This document shows, piece by piece, positions 28,748 to 43,920 of a stretch of 64,000 nucleotides of DNA; the stretch's first letter is position 1; each line of letters starts with the position of its first letter. The position numbers and the translations under genes were made by a program. The notes beneath the pieces are model-generated. The model saw only the letters and a program-made list of their open reading frames with translations. It searched no databases and was not told where the DNA came from. Source of the DNA: Chrysomallon squamiferum (Eukaryota; Animalia; Mollusca); NCBI GenBank assembly GCA_012295275.1, contig CM022665.1:19282001-19346000 (forward strand), written 5' to 3'.

Positions 28748-29572
28748 TTACTGAATAGTGAGTCAACAATTTGCCATCCAACGAGTGTATAGAATGTATA
28801 AAAGTAATTTTTACATTACGTTACTTAGTAGTATTGTGTAATTTATTTATTTTAAATCACTTTTAGATATACACTAACAGAGCCACCTGATGGTAAATAC
28901 GGTAGTATTGAAAACGGTTCGTGGAATGGTTTAGTTGGGATGATTGTCAGAAAGGTGAGATAACGTTTTACACAAGCCGTTAATAAACATTTTCTGTTTC
29001 TACAATACTTTCGAAACAAGTAACCATCAGTTTAGTTTTATTTGTCTTAAAAATTGTTGTTTATTCATGGAACTCAATAAAGAATAACAACTATATCCCC
29101 ATAATTCCACGTTGTGGGCAATAAGGTAATTTATTAGAGGCTGGCGAAAGAGTTTGCAGAATAGTTTATCCTCGGTTAGGCTAATGGGTTATTTGAGTCT
29201 CCATCCAGTGTTTGTTTCGTTTTATTAAATCCATCAGATATCCACATAATTTTTAAATATGTCTAGACCTTAGCTCAGCTCATCATCTGCCGCAACTACA
29301 ATACTCATAAATGTTACTATTGCGAAATCGTTTGCCTAATTCCGGAGAATTAAAAGTTGTATGTTAATCAAGAATATTACCCATATTCGATTTCCATACC
29401 AATCTGCGCCTTTTGATTTATCCGAGGAGTCACGATGTCTTATCGAGTCTCTCCGAACTATACGCCGAGGGGGAAATCAGGATAAAACTGTACGTGCACC
29501 ATTTTCATTCAAAACCCGTGGCCTGAAGAAACGGTTGGAAAAAACAAAGTAGAAAGTGGTAGATAAATGCAA

Positions 29573-29623
<51 letters not shown>

Positions 29624-32600
29624 TAAGAAAGAAAGAAAAATTAAATTAAATTAAAATAATGAAATAATAAAAACATTTTTGTCAGGAATGAGTGTGAGAT
29701 TGACTTCTTTCCATCAGAAATTGGGGGGCAACCAGTTATAATAAAATTAACATCATCGTAAAAATATTAACATAGATGATTAAACTATTCATTGATTTCA
29801 TTCTCGATGATATAATGTCTGACGGTCAAGGCATTTGACCCGATCATGAACATAAAAATTGTAATTTAGTTGGCTTTATAATTTTAAGTAAGATTTACCA
29901 AAGCGCAGACCTGATCGTCTGCTCAACTTCTTCGTCGATAAAAACCAACAAAAACAAAAACATCCAAACCCTAACACAACCATATTACTATTTATTCTAC
30001 AGAAAAGTAATCGTTTAAAATATTAATAATCACTTCAACCCTAACATTTAAGAAATTACCAGAGGATATTTTAATATTTGTTAATTTTAAAGATTTATGA
30101 CAAAATGTGTATCAGAACTAATTTTGGATTGGATCGACTGCGTTGAATTATTTAAGAATGATATAAATTCAGTATCGTATAATGTTGAAAATGTTTTGTT
30201 AGAGTTCTTTAATGTTTAAATTCAAATACAAAGTTCATATTTAAAAAAATAAATAAAATAAAAATTGTATTTTCATAATCTTTATTTTTGCCGCTGTGCC
30301 CTCATAGTCTGAAACATTTCGACTCAGTGCCATTAACTTAGTTAAAACGACAAATTATCCGGCATTGGAACCAATTAAAAATTAAATTCTCAAGGAATAA
30401 ACAAAATGCGCCTGCCTAAATGACTGTGACAGTTAGTGAATTTTTTTACTAAAAAAAAACAAAAACAAAAAACAACAACCTAAAAACAACAGAGTTGATA
30501 AAATAATATTTAAAACTATACAAACCAATTTATTATTTATTACTGCAATAATAATAATAATATGTTATGTTATCTTCGTTTCTGAGTCAGGATGCTGATA
30601 TGATAATGGCTGACATCAGTACAACTCATCTCAGATCACAAGTTGTTGATTTTACTTATCCATACAATTTCGACGTGGCTACAGTCGTCGTGAAACGATC
30701 ATCGGACGACGGCAGTTCTTACACTAGCTACGTTCACCTGTACAGATGGGAGATACACGCATGTATATGGAGTTCGCTAATTCTGACATACGTATTTATA
30801 AAAATAATAGAGAAAGTAAATCCGTTTTATAAAGACAAAAGAGTGAAAAATAAGAGTGATCATTCGACTTCATTTTTCCGTTTGTATGGAGCACTTCTGA
30901 AACAAGGTAAACATTTTACAAGCCACATCTCGTCATCATTACATAACATCGTTAGACTTGAATTGTATCGTTTTACAGTTAATCTATGATTCCAAGAAGA
31001 AAAAGTAGAAGCGTAGGAAAAAGAAACATCTCCCCAACATAAAAGAAACAAACAAATAAAGCAAGCAAGCAAACATAACAGTTTATTATAATAATTAAAA
31101 TAATTATCCAAAGTAAAATATATAAATATGTAAACCATTTCTTTTTTTAAATTTCAGAAAGAGTGTAACGAAATTTTTTTATGTCCATTAACCAACAAAA
31201 TGTACAACTTGCACGCAGACACACTTTTTTCAACATCATCATTATTATTATCGTTTTAAAATCGTATTAATATTAACTAAGAACACATAAAACAATCTTT
31301 TTATTTTTTTTGTGCACACAGGTGGCAGCCCTATAAAATCTGCATCTCAGACCAGAAGGCTTGTTTTGGGGTCATGGTGGATTTTTGCTATAATCATGGC
31401 TACTATCTACAGTGGAAATCTTATAGCTTTTTTAACAGTAAGAAAACTAAAGCTTCCATTTGATACCATAGCTGAAATGGTAGCACAAGAACGATATACG
31501 TGGGGAACATACGGCGGATCAAACTATCTTGAATTCTTTGAGGTAAGTAATGTAAATGATGTCAGTGTGGAAAAGCCCATTCTAATATATTTGTATTCAA
31601 AACAGAAGCATCATTCTGCAGCAACCGAAAATTGAATAATAAATAAATAAATAAATAAATAAGCAAATAAATAAATCAAAACCCACTTTCTACTTTTAAG
31701 CTAAATGTTTTGTTAAAAATTAAAAGTAGCTGCGTACATATATGAGTTATTAAATTCACAAACAGTTAATCCAAAAGCAAATCATGAATTTATTTATGAC
31801 ACTAAAATGTGGAAGCAACATTATAGCATTTAAATGTGTAAAAGATTCAGCTATCATGGTTTCAGTATAAAATTCTGATTTATTTTGAACTACTAACACA
31901 TTTTTAAATATGATTCATTATATTAATTGTAATACATTAATTGAAATATCTGAAATTTCTGTAATAATTCGACTGAAAAAATACAACTTTTGGGAAACAA
32001 TAAAACATGCATTTATATCAGTTTTAGTAATGATGTTAATTTTGATGTGACCAATGATGAAAAGAATAACTCTGTAAACTGACTAATCATTAATGTAAAA
32101 TTTTATAACTGTTGTTTCAAAATACAAGGGGAAAAAATGTTCATATTGAAAAATATACATGTCAAGCAATTATAATAAAAACTGAATAAAGATTAAAAGT
32201 CTATCCTTTTCATATAGAGAAATACATAACTTGATCATGAAGTAACGAAATTTATATAATTTATAAAATAAAATCCTTTGTAATCATCATTTCCAGACTT
32301 CGAATGACCGTAATTTTAGAAAAGTGGCTGAAGGATTTAAAAGATTTTCACAACAAGATCCTTCTTCGTTAAGTACAAAGGCTGAAGAACATCGACTTAA
32401 AGTGTTGAATGGAAACTACTGTTTTATAGGTGGAAAACCAACACTCGAATACTGGGTCAGTCAGAACTGCCAGCTCAAATTACTCAGTGAAGGATTTTAT
32501 TCCTTGCTCTATGGAATTGGACTGCCGAAAAATTCACCTTACACAAGACTCTTTTCTGAGCAGTGAGTATTATTTTGTATGCATTTTCATTTATGCTTTA

Positions 32601-33347
32601 AGTTAAATAATAAGACAATAATAGATGAATTTGGGAGTACATAGACAGTCAAAGTGACAACACACATTCAAACAGAAGATAATGGCTGTATGTTTGAAAT
32701 GTGGACACCAGTGGGTTGAAACAGTTTTTAAATATAGAATATAACACTGCTAAGCAAAAAGCAATAAAATTAAATTAAAAAGTCAAGTAAAATAAAATAA
32801 AATAAAAACATAATTTTTAAAATTGTTGACTGTTTGATAGACCATCAGTAAGTGGCTGGACATAAAATGTACCTTATCTATCTGTCTGTCTGTCTGTCTG
32901 TCAGTTTGTCTATCTAATTTATCTGTGTGTGTGTGTGTGTGTGGGTGGGTGGGTGTGTGGGTGGAGAGAGAGAGAGAGAATCATTAAATAGTCATCAGTA
33001 CCATTGCCTTAATATCAAACAAAATCAAAATTAAATTTTTAACGAACAAAATTAATGCCTAAATTAATTGATATATAATTCATTTAATAATTATTTATTT
33101 ATTGCAATATTTATGTAGAATTATAGGACTTCACGAGACTGGTATAATGGCAATGATGAAGGCAAAATGGTGGCCAGCAAATGTATGCAATGTGGACAAC
33201 AGGAAATACGCCAAACCAATCCAGTTAACAGACATTCAGTCTGCCTTTTACATTCTATTGATTGGAATTGTGATGACACTTGTAATTCTTCTGTTAGAAG
33301 TTTTAATGTTCAAAATAAGAATGCACTTCAGACACCATCCGTCATAG
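21331..33347 (+). CDS. IR-B: divergent iGluR-like ionotropic receptor, ~667 aa, intact
   Basis: GT-AG, phase-consistent exons: 21331-21631, 22021-22184, 23461-23619, 27459-27629, 28502-28590, 28867-28954, 30591-30906, 31322-31542, 32297-32562, 33119-33347 (2004 nt). Motifs: S1 GFLVDIL, DGKYG..ENGSWNGLVG, R.QVVDFTYPY; pore YGALLKQG; M3 IYSGNLIAFLT; S2 YGIGLPKNSPY, ETGI...KWW...C; M4 DIQSAFYIL. Start codon (21331 or 21349) uncertain. Confidence 0.92.
24100..26530 (+). mobile_element. AcademX-like DNA transposon relic (XPG/FEN1-type nuclease motifs) in IR-B intron 3
   Basis: Fragmented peptides in the expected order: FFATMKK, IDALCIIQ, VIFEVYRDSSITDAER, ELHSTQEEA (25741), DSVNAFTG, LPCCEYSLQQ, PEVPESYGHGW. 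These match the IDG..DxY..SIK..ER / (H/Q)EEADT / GCD.VSAF / LPP / P..GHGW series of XPG-containing Academ proteins. Boundaries approximate. Confidence 0.65.
26884..27020. repeat. Compound (TAT)n/(TGT)n/(ACT)n microsatellite
   Basis: Direct reading. Confidence 0.9.
28685..28745. repeat. (AG)n microsatellite
   Basis: Direct reading. Confidence 0.95.
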
Positions 33348-33590
33348 AGAGATTATGTGAAAACATAATATGAAACATATCAAAGTATACTTTTATCAAT
33401 ATTCAAAGTGATAATAATGTGAACTATAAATTATTTCTGTTTTTATGAATTCATGAATTCATTATAGGAAAGTTGTAACGCACAGCTTAGTGTTTATAAT
33501 GTTTATAATGTTGTAATTTAATGTTTATATTGTAATATTGAAAAGAAGCTTTTCATTGTATAAATGAACATACTCATACAGTCATATTCA

Positions 33591-33631
<41 letters not shown>

Positions 33632-33639
33632 CAATTCTG

Positions 33640-35450
33640 TTATTCAGGACTGTATTCAAGATCTACTTTGGTAATTTTGTTACTTCTTTTAAATAAATGT
33701 CGACATACACTTTTGACTGCACATATCTCTATGACAAGTGACATAGCTGAGAGAACAATACCCATACACAGAATGTAAAAAGCTGTTTGTAGATCTTCAA
33801 GGTCAATGGTTCGTGCTGTTCTGGGATCTGACTGGCCGCACGTTGTGTTGGACATTTTTGCATGTGCCCTCTTTAAAGCTTCGTCTAAAAGTCCATTTTG
33901 GGTCATTTCCATCAACCTGTAACATACAGTTATATACAATTATTATTAATATTTCTCTTCATAAGTGTCTTGTTAACAATAAAAAAAGAATAATACTGGA
34001 TATTCTCAGAATGTGTTTTCCATCCTTTTTATATAATTTTGTTTGTTTGTTTGTTTGTTTGTTTTATTTTTTATTGTTATTTTTTTTTTTTTTTTTTTTT
34101 TTTTTATCTTCAAATGTGAATTCAAATCCAGTTGTTTCTAACTAAAATAATATTTACTTCATAGAGGCCAAGAGATAATATGAAAAAAAGAAAAATTACA
34201 TGTCAGGCTAAACTGTTTCATTCAGTTAGTTTCTGTCATAAATTATGAATTTTTTCCACTAATTTAATTACATTAATGAAATGATGGACACTAAATAACA
34301 AACAAACAGACCGGTTGAAATGCATTAAGGTGCCACTGAACATCAGTTCATTTGTTCATTCTTCTTTTAAATTTTTTCTTTCAATATTCCATAATTCATT
34401 CATTCGTTCGTTGACTCTTTCATTCATTCATCTATTCTAATTATTCTACTGATCAACTCACTTTAACGAGAAGAGTTTAGTGAAATCTGAGTTTAGTGGG
34501 AAACCAAACGTGTACAGTACAGGGACTGACAGTGCAGGGACAATCAGCTGAAGATTGCAGTCACTGAGCGCCCAGGAACTGATGTGATGGTAGTGAGCGA
34601 CAAACACGTAGGATCCTTCCAGTAATTTCACTTTGTGTTTCTTTTCATCTCGGTCCAGAAACGCCGCTTTGTGCTTTTCATCAACACTTGGCCAAAGCAT
34701 TTTATCCTGCCCCTATTAAATTTAACTGATATACATAATTTTTTTAAATGAATGTTTGTTACTATTTTGTATTTATCAAAAAAAAAAAAAAAAAAAAAAT
34801 TATATATCAGGTATAATTTTTAATGAAAAGGCTTAAGTAAAAAGGAAAAGCTTGCCTAACAAATAAATGACTCGTGAACATTAATTAAAATTGATTATTT
34901 GTTTTTGTATATTATGGTTTTTAAATACTTAATATAGGATAAGAAGATGCATGCATTCATATGTATTAATAAATAGCTAAATAACTACGTACTGGACAAA
35001 TCTAAACAGACAGACACCCATTCATAATAACCTGACCTGTTTAAGTTTTGAGAAGTAGTAATTTCCTTGCGCTCCCCACTTCAGAGAATCGTCTTGAAGT
35101 AGGTCTGCTAGAGTCTTATATTTGAGTACCTCTTTATTCACAGACAGAAAGGCTATCAGGTTGGTGCAGTAGGCGGCAGCGATGATGGTACAGAACATAG
35201 CCCAGGTTGCGATTAACAAGCGTCCCGACAGAGAATGAGGTAAATTACGTCCACCTCAAATGAAATTTAATGTCTTATGGACTATAAAATTTGCATATGT
35301 TTCGATACTAGAGAAAAGATTATTTTCAAATGTTAATATGTACAAAAGTTGTATTTAATCAATATGAGGACACATTCGTAGCGACCGACACAGACAGAGA
35401 AAAAAGAGAGACACGGAAATACATTACTAAACACCAACAAAACAACAACA

Positions 35451-35488
<38 letters not shown>

Positions 35489-36178
35489 CGAAGAAGAATT
35501 ATTTAAATAAGAACATACGCACCTTGTCTTAGAAGAGAACCATAAATATACCAGAAAAAATTGAACTTCAGTTTCCAGTATGATCTAGGTCTGGTCTTCT
35601 CGTAGAAAGGATTAACGGATTCCACAAACGAAATGAATACAACTACAACAACCACTGACACTCCAATACAGACAAACACGATAAGGCGGAATGGGTTTAA
35701 AAGAGTTTTCCACTTAATGTTGTTTACTCCAGGCTTTTTTAAAATGACGACAACACGATCCCAGAAATAAGGTACACTGAAATCCATCACGTTTACTCTT
35801 TCCGTTCGTGGAATCAGAGGAGCAGCAATGAAATCTATCTTCTAAAGCGAGAGAAATGCTTTTAGCTTCATTTAGTCATATATTATAACAACATCTTACG
35901 TAATTATGGTTGGCAATATCCTGTAATACATTCCTCAGTATGCAGAATATAATTTAAATATTAATGTATTGTAATAATCATAATTTAACTGAGTGATTAC
36001 TTTATGAATGAAAGAGTGTAATACATTATTTTTTTTTCTAACTGCATAATTTAAAGTAATTATAAATTTGAACGTAATGTAAAATCAGCTGTGTTTGAAA
36101 TTAAACTTTATACAGCAGTAAATTAACGGTAGCAGCAGAGATGGCAATAATTATAGGTAGTATCTTTAATAAACAAAT

Positions 36179-36264
<86 letters not shown>

Positions 36265-36495
36265 TAAAATAAGAATTAAAAACTCATTTATTTAACAAGA
36301 ATGGAAACCTGACTAATGATTTCTCCCACAATGCCATTATACTCTCCTTTCTCTGTTTCTTTACCCCACTTTCCATCTGCAGGTTCCACAACTGTGTATC
36401 TGTTATAAATATTAAATATCACAAAATAATAATGTTTTTCAAACAGTTGTTTTTTATCGTTTTTATTTACCATCAGATCCTTTTAATCTTTCCTG

Positions 36496-36537
<42 letters not shown>

Positions 36538-38615
36538 TGAAAAACAAAATAAATACAGAATCAAAATAAAGGCAGATCACAGTTGTTATAAACTATCAAG
36601 ACAGCACAATTTTGCTAATATTTACTAATTACTATGATTAGTATGAAACCAGTCTTTCAACTTAAAAAAAGAAGGAAAAAAAGTGTAGTACAAAATATTT
36701 ATTTAAAAAAGAAATAAGTTCGTGCACGACATTCTAAATGTCACACAAAAAATTAAGAATCTTTCATTTTTCTTTTAATATCTTAACTGTAGAGAAAAAT
36801 AAAGCATACCTTTCGTGATAACATGTGTTTAAATTGTTTTATTATCTTTGTGGTTTTTGAAGGTTTTGTTTGATGAAGGTTGATTAAGCGGGTTGATTGC
36901 TGTGATGTTTAAATGTTAATTAATTAACTTACTTGAAGTGTAAGGCTGTTGAAAGGAAATCCAATATGTCTATACATAATCCACTGTATATCGCGTGCCC
37001 TTTGATGACTGTCCGAATAACAAAATTTGTGCTCTAAAATGAAAGTGTGATAAATATTTATATTAAAAAATATATATATATATTATTTTAACTATAATGT
37101 TACAATCTATTAGTTATTGTTACTATTGTTGTTGTTATTGTTGTTTTTGTTGTTGTTGTTATTATTATTATTATCATCATCATCATCATTATTATTACTA
37201 TTACTACTACGATGATGATAATGATCAATGATAAAACAAACAAAATATATATATATATATATGTATATAAGTAATTTTTATTTGATTTATTTGTAGAAGA
37301 TATATGAAAGTAATAAAGTAAATAAGACAATTGAAGTTAATGTCATGTGACTAATATTCAGATTTATGTGCTTTCCTGTCTATTGGGAACTACATTAAAA
37401 TAATCTTAGTGTGATCTGAAATTACATGACTGAAACGTATAGACAGATATAGAGATAAATTACGTTAATCAGCTAATAGCCAATTTTCTTTGTTTAACAA
37501 CTCAGTATATTTACAACAAAAGAAACTTGCTGCTGTGTGATTTTTTATTGATAAGCTGAAAAGGGTGATTTATAAATGCTCTGTCACAGACAGTAATGCA
37601 CGTATCTACGTTTTCAAACATGTAGCAAGACCAAAGATTATTTATGCTGCGACCCTTAAGGCATCATGCAAAGCTTTTGCCTGTGGAACTCTCAAATGTG
37701 GTAAATTAAATAATTAGTACATCTCACCGGTAAAGTAGCAACTGTCAGATTCATGTTACTTAAACCTTGTGTTGTATTTGGAAACAGATACTTTTGATCA
37801 ATCTTTGGTGAGTGAAATATTTCACATGAATTTCTTGTTTTCTGCGAACATCTCCTGCAACTTTTGATGTTATACCGCTGTAAAGTAAATTGTAATAATA
37901 ATTTTAAAAAAATAAATAAAAAAAACCCCAGCCAATTCCAGATTTATTTTACTTCAAGGCATATACAGATCTTTTTAGTCTTGGAAAAATGTCTGAAAGT
38001 AACGAATAGACGATTTGCATCACGAAAATCTTTTCTATTTTAAGTAATGTAATTTGTCATTGCATGCTTTCTGTACTTTATTTCCGTGATAAAATAATTA
38101 CTTTTTTTAAAATGAATAAATAATATAGCTCAAGAAAGCACTGGATAAAAACGCTTAAAGTGAAAAACATCAGCAGTATCTGATCACCTTTTCCGTGTAG
38201 ATATTTCTTTGACGCGACAGAATGGTGATCAGGGCTACGTTGAGAAATGTTAACTGAAGTTCTTCAAAATGTATCTTCATATCAGATGTGACACCAACTA
38301 GCCACAGAGATCTCAAGTCAAATGCTGAAAATCTTGGTAAGGATTCATGGAATTCCTGTATCTTTTAAGCACCAATATTTATAAATATGTATAAAAGTGT
38401 GTTTGTCTGCATGTGTATTTGCATTTCTGTGTGCGACTGTACGGGTACATTTGAAGTATATTCTGTGTATATATACGTGTTTGTTTATTGCTTTGTGTGT
38501 TATCTCTCATACTCATTTCACAGAAAACGAGATTTTTCCGTTCTTTTTCTAAATGGCAGTATATTTAAAATGTTATCATATATAAAATGTAACATATATT
38601 AAAACAGACTTTTGA

Positions 38616-38647
<32 letters not shown>

Positions 38648-39637
38648 ATAATAATAATAATAAAAATAATAATAATCATAATCATAATAATAATAATCTT
38701 CATTGCTTAAATTTATATATTTTTTAAAATATACATTTTAACTACTTTGAAATCTTATTTTGAATTTAAACATTTTAACTGCAAACCGTCTTTGCAGAGA
38801 GAAACACAAAATACCTGCAACAACTGGGTCCTCGTTTATAGTCACTGAGACTGACCCCCCACACACACACACACACACACATACACACACAAACACATAC
38901 ACCAAACATACACACACACATATACACACACGCGCGCGCATGCACTCACATACACATACACCAGACTAATGAAGATAACCTGTACCTTGTCAGTAAGATT
39001 ACGAAGTCCTCGTGCAGAACATATTACTAGAACAGTAAGATACAGATTCTGTTCCACGGATTCTCGATACAGCGGACGAACAGACGCAGTGAAAGTGTCG
39101 ATATCAGACGTGTCGACGTTCAGCATTGTAACTATCACATTTTCTCGTGGTATAATATTTTCTACCGTTAGATGAGGTTCTGTGAATAAGAACACAATTT
39201 ACATTGTGAAAATATTAATATATCTACTCAGTCATGAGGAAATACATGTTTACATTTATCTAAATACACATACACACACGCACACACAGAGACATACAGA
39301 GATACAGACACATGCTCAGAAACGTGCGTGTACACCAAATATATGTACATATAAATGTCTTAATAATATATAATGTATGTAATTAAGTTATCGAATACTT
39401 TATAGTCCATACCTGATGTATTGTCATATACAACCAGAATTCTTCTCCAGTACATGTCATCAGCGATGCTGTATAAAACAGTGGCCGTAGTACACAAGTT
39501 GACAGTTTCGTTGAGCGGCTGGTTTTCAACGATAGGAGCACATCTTATTATACTGCAGCCCGAAATATTCGTAGTTTGAACTCGCATTTCACACGGTTTT
39601 GTCTTGGGTGGACACTGGCGACCCAGTTCTGCAAGTT
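33640..39637 (-). CDS. IR-C: divergent iGluR-like ionotropic receptor, intact, first exon uncertain
   Basis: Exons in transcription order: 39637-39413, 39179-38986, 38361(or 38355)-38188, 37877-37728, 37033-36933, 36399-36309, 35841-35523, 35254-35037, 34712-34462, 33916-33640. Phases are consistent and match IR-D. Motifs [12 protein letters not shown]...[44 protein letters not shown]. Candidate first exon 41270-41222 (phase-1 GTAAGT donor), unverified. Confidence 0.9.
36183..36260. repeat. (AG)n microsatellite
   Basis: Direct reading. Confidence 0.95.
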
Positions 39638-40326
39638 CTGATCCAGTAGAGTTTTAACAAATAAAGAATACGAATATATGGATAAATGAAAGCGTTGCTA
39701 CGGTTATATTCTAAATGCCTTATTGTAACGAAAATGCTACCATAAATGGATGTTAATTCTGAAGCTCAGGTTTGTACGTATTATTAATAATCAAAACATG
39801 TACTCATTAAATGTTAATAATGTATATAATAAATAAATAATACTGGGTAACTGTTAGTAAACTATATGCACATAAAAATAATTGATACTTGTTGACAAAC
39901 CATAAAATATTACTACAAGAATATTGATAAATCATTTATTTCTATGCAGTTTTTAATGAAAAAAAAAAATTAATGTAGTATATAATTTACATGCACTAAT
40001 TATAGAAACAAATTGTAGATTAATTAGGAAATGTAAAATGAAACGTGCTGAAAGAGATCGATAATAGTGATTCATTTTAATCAAAATGTTCGTGAATTTG
40101 ATAGCTAGATGAAGAAACGTGCATTTTAAATGGTTGTAGTAATAATAATAATAATAATTGGTGACTTATTTTAACACTTGCTAAATATTTAAAATGAAGT
40201 TTTAATAATGGATCATTTAACTGATATAGAAATATTTTTACATAGCGATTTTCTTCTTCTTTTTTAAAGAAAAAGTAATAAATAATTACAAGACAAAATG
40301 TCGTCGTCGTCTTCTTCTTCTTCCTC

Positions 40327-40570
40327 TTATTATTATTATTATTATTATTATTAGCAGTAGTAGTATTTAACTACTACAATGATTGCTATATCTACCACTG
40401 CTGCCACTATTATTAATGCTATTACTACTGCTGCTGCTATTTCTATTACTATTATCTCTACCGCTATTACTATTACTACTACGATTATTAATGTTGTTAT
40501 TACTGCTGCTGCTACTAATACTTCTACTACTAATACTACTGCTAATAATAGCAATAACAACAACAACAAA
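40327..40570. repeat. Degenerate trinucleotide low-complexity tract (TAT/ACT/GCT)
   Basis: Direct reading; it explains the overlapping homopolymeric ORFs. Confidence 0.85.
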
Positions 40571-41479
40571 CATACCAACAACCATACTACAACAAGAACA
40601 ACAATAATAGTGCATATACATACCCGTTTCTCTGCCACTGACAAGGCGAACATAACAGAATAGGATCAGTTCAGTAAACGACAAGACAAATAAATGTGTT
40701 TTAAAACGAGCTGACAGATAAGTCATCCTTCAGCATGTACTACAAGAACAGTGAAATAACAATGTGGGGAGCTTGCTTTATATGTAGAGAACAAAGAAGC
40801 ATCGAAAAGCAGTTCCAGTTTTTTTTTTTTTTTCTTCTTTTTATTGAACTCTGATATCGTGTGAATATAAACAATTCACCCATCTGTCCTTTTTTGCCTT
40901 CGTTTCCTAGTTGGCTGTTTTATTTCAGCACTGATATTCGTAACAGCTACCTTTATAACACATGCAATTTGTTATGTACGATGGACAGATTTAATAAAAC
41001 ATTAAATGCATAAATCTGTTTGTCTTGCATGATGGTAAAGTAGCCAGTTCATGTGTTGAGATATCCGGATCGTATCCATTCTTCTATCCAAGGTTAGATC
41101 AAAACATAAATCTGTCAAATGTTTGCGAACCAGATGTATTATTATCATTTGAATCACGCTTGTCTCGAGTGTCGCCACATTTGATGTTTATAATAAAGTA
41201 CTGTGCCAAACTGATACTTACCTGCTGTGTGTGGTGTCTTGCATTGGATTATACTTCCTATTATGCACATAAATGGATAGTATCTGTACGAAAACTGACA
41301 GGAATTAAAATGTTCTGTTTGGCCTATTTATTTATTCTGTTATTATTGTTATTATAATGTTTTGTTTTGTTGTTTTTTTTAATGTGTAAGATAAGCTATT
41401 AATAATCAAGATATGTGAATTAAAATGAGTAAGTAATTAACAAGCAAAAGGAATAGGCCTGAAATAGGTTAATTCTTGA

Positions 41480-41480
<1 letters not shown>

Positions 41481-41573
<93 letters not shown>
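41481..41573. repeat. (TAT)n(TGT)n microsatellite
   Basis: Direct reading. Confidence 0.9.
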
Positions 41574-41891
41574 AGAGGAACGAAGAAGAGAGTATTAGAG
41601 AGATATAGACAGTTCTTTGTTTGATTTCTTCTGTAATTATTCTTTCTCTTTCTTTCTCTGGTTTGTTTATTTCTTTGTCTTTTCTGCCATCACCGATTCG
41701 CACTTATGTCACACAGATAAATACTAAAATGTAATCAACTGATTTTCTTTACATATTCGAGATATGATTTTCACGAAGCAAGACATATTATCTTCACTTC
41801 CGAAAGACTATGCGATTAAACTTTTTAATATGATTTCTTTTTTTCTACACATTTTCTATTTTGGCCAATATTTTAACAAATCAATTCTTTT

Positions 41892-41904
41892 TATTATTAT
41901 TATT

Positions 41905-41990
<86 letters not shown>

Positions 41991-42003
41991 CATTATTATT
42001 ATT
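41892..42003. repeat. (ATT)n/(ATC)n microsatellite
   Basis: Direct reading; source of the poly-Ile ORF. Confidence 0.9.
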
Positions 42004-43920
42004 AAAGGAATTATAAGCATTTCGTGGAAAAAATAGCAAATATTTTTAATCGATGAAAGAAAAAGAGATCTGTTTGTTTTAATGCAGGAAATGAAAGCTG
42101 TGAATGTCTACTGATCGATACTGTGAGACAGTGTAAACATTCTTATGTCAAGAGAAGTTCTATCAAATGAACGAATTTCCTTTGAATAAAGGTGGAAAAC
42201 TGTCGCTTGTATGACAGAAAATCTGTAAGTAAATATTGAAAATTTGAAGATGATATTCTCAAATAAAACATATTTATTGGGCAACAAAGCAAAAACAACC
42301 GTAACCTACATTGTATATCTGATCTATAAGAAATTTAATTATATTTCGCTGAAGCTATTTTGCTGTTGACGAACAAATACTGAACTTAATTTCTTTAGTA
42401 CGTAAATTTATTTCTAAAGTGATATGATTCTTAATAGTAATCACTGTGGTAACGTTGATATTTACGATACTATAGCAATAATCGTAGTAATGGCAAATAC
42501 AGTTATTGTAGTAAAAATGACTTTGGTTATGATCATAGTTAGTTAAATACCACTAAAAATAGTAATGTAGTGTTTGAAGAGTAGTAGAAGTAGCAGAAAT
42601 AGTACTGGTACAAGATGGAGTAGGAAAATAGTAACGGTAGTAGAAAGTAGTAGTATAATTGTGATATTAGTAACAGAACAAACAGAACAAACAGAAGTAG
42701 CAGAAATAGTGGTTGTAGTAGTTCTACAGTAGCAGTAGCACTAGTACTACTAGTAGTTGTAGTAGTAGTAGTAGAATTAGTAGTAACATAGTTGCTAACG
42801 ATAGTTGTATTGTTCATGTATTGTTCATCTAAAGGTGAAGGAGAGTTTCAGATGTTGCTTGATCTGGCCTCAGATTTTGAAAAAAACCAAAAACAATTCA
42901 GGTTTGATGAATGTTGGCTTCATATTTAGACGAACGATTGTTTTACAAGTTGATGAATTCTGGATTCAGATGTTGATGAATGGTGATTTTTAGATGCTGT
43001 TAAATGATAGTTTTTAGATGTTGGTGGATACTGGTTTCATATTTTGTCGAATGCTTGTATTTTTAACAATGTTTCGGGATCAGCTTTAACTAGAAACCCC
43101 CAAACACGCGCGCGTGCGCACTAATTGTTCGTTAACAGTGTATTTCTGATGTTTGTAATGAATAGCTTATTGTGATAGCAAAACAAACAAAACACTTGAG
43201 TTTTAGAAATGTATATATTTATTGAACGTATATCGCAACAGATGTGTAACTAAGTATCTTTGTTTATTAGAGTTGTTTTGGATCGATATAAACTATAACG
43301 TGTTTTCACGTGTTTTAAGTAGTAAATAATCTCAGTAATATTATTACATCAATAAGACTAACAAAATATGTACAAATTTCTTTCTTTTTTTACTTTAGAA
43401 GCAAACAAATAATAAACAAAAAAACAGAACGTTTAATCATAATGTCTACATAGAATGTTAAAATGACTAAATGTAAAATGATCGAAAATGACCACTGTGT
43501 CAATTTTGCAAGAGAGATACAATTCAATGAAACAATATTTGAACAGTTTTGTTTATAAATTAAATTATAAATTTATTTCAAATGCAAGAGTCTGCATCAA
43601 AGGTCTTGAAAACATTTCTAAATTAAAAAAAAAAAAAAAATAAATAAATAAAAATAGCAACATATGATTAATAATAAATATGAGATATATATAAACCAAT
43701 CAACGTACGAACTAATAAACAATCAAACAAATAAGTAAATAAAAATGGCGTTTGATTCTTTGTAAACAACAAAAAAATAAAAATAAAAAAAAAGAAGAAA
43801 GAAAGAAAAGAAAAACACAACAATAAATAAAATACAAATAAATAAACAGACAAACAAATTAAAATAGTATATACTTTTAATAAATAAATAATTTAATAAA
43901 CAAACAAGCAAATAACATAT

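Noticed and set aside
40351-40726. Four overlapping ORFs of 74-119 aa
   Set aside because: Stop-free trinucleotide low-complexity sequence, not coding.
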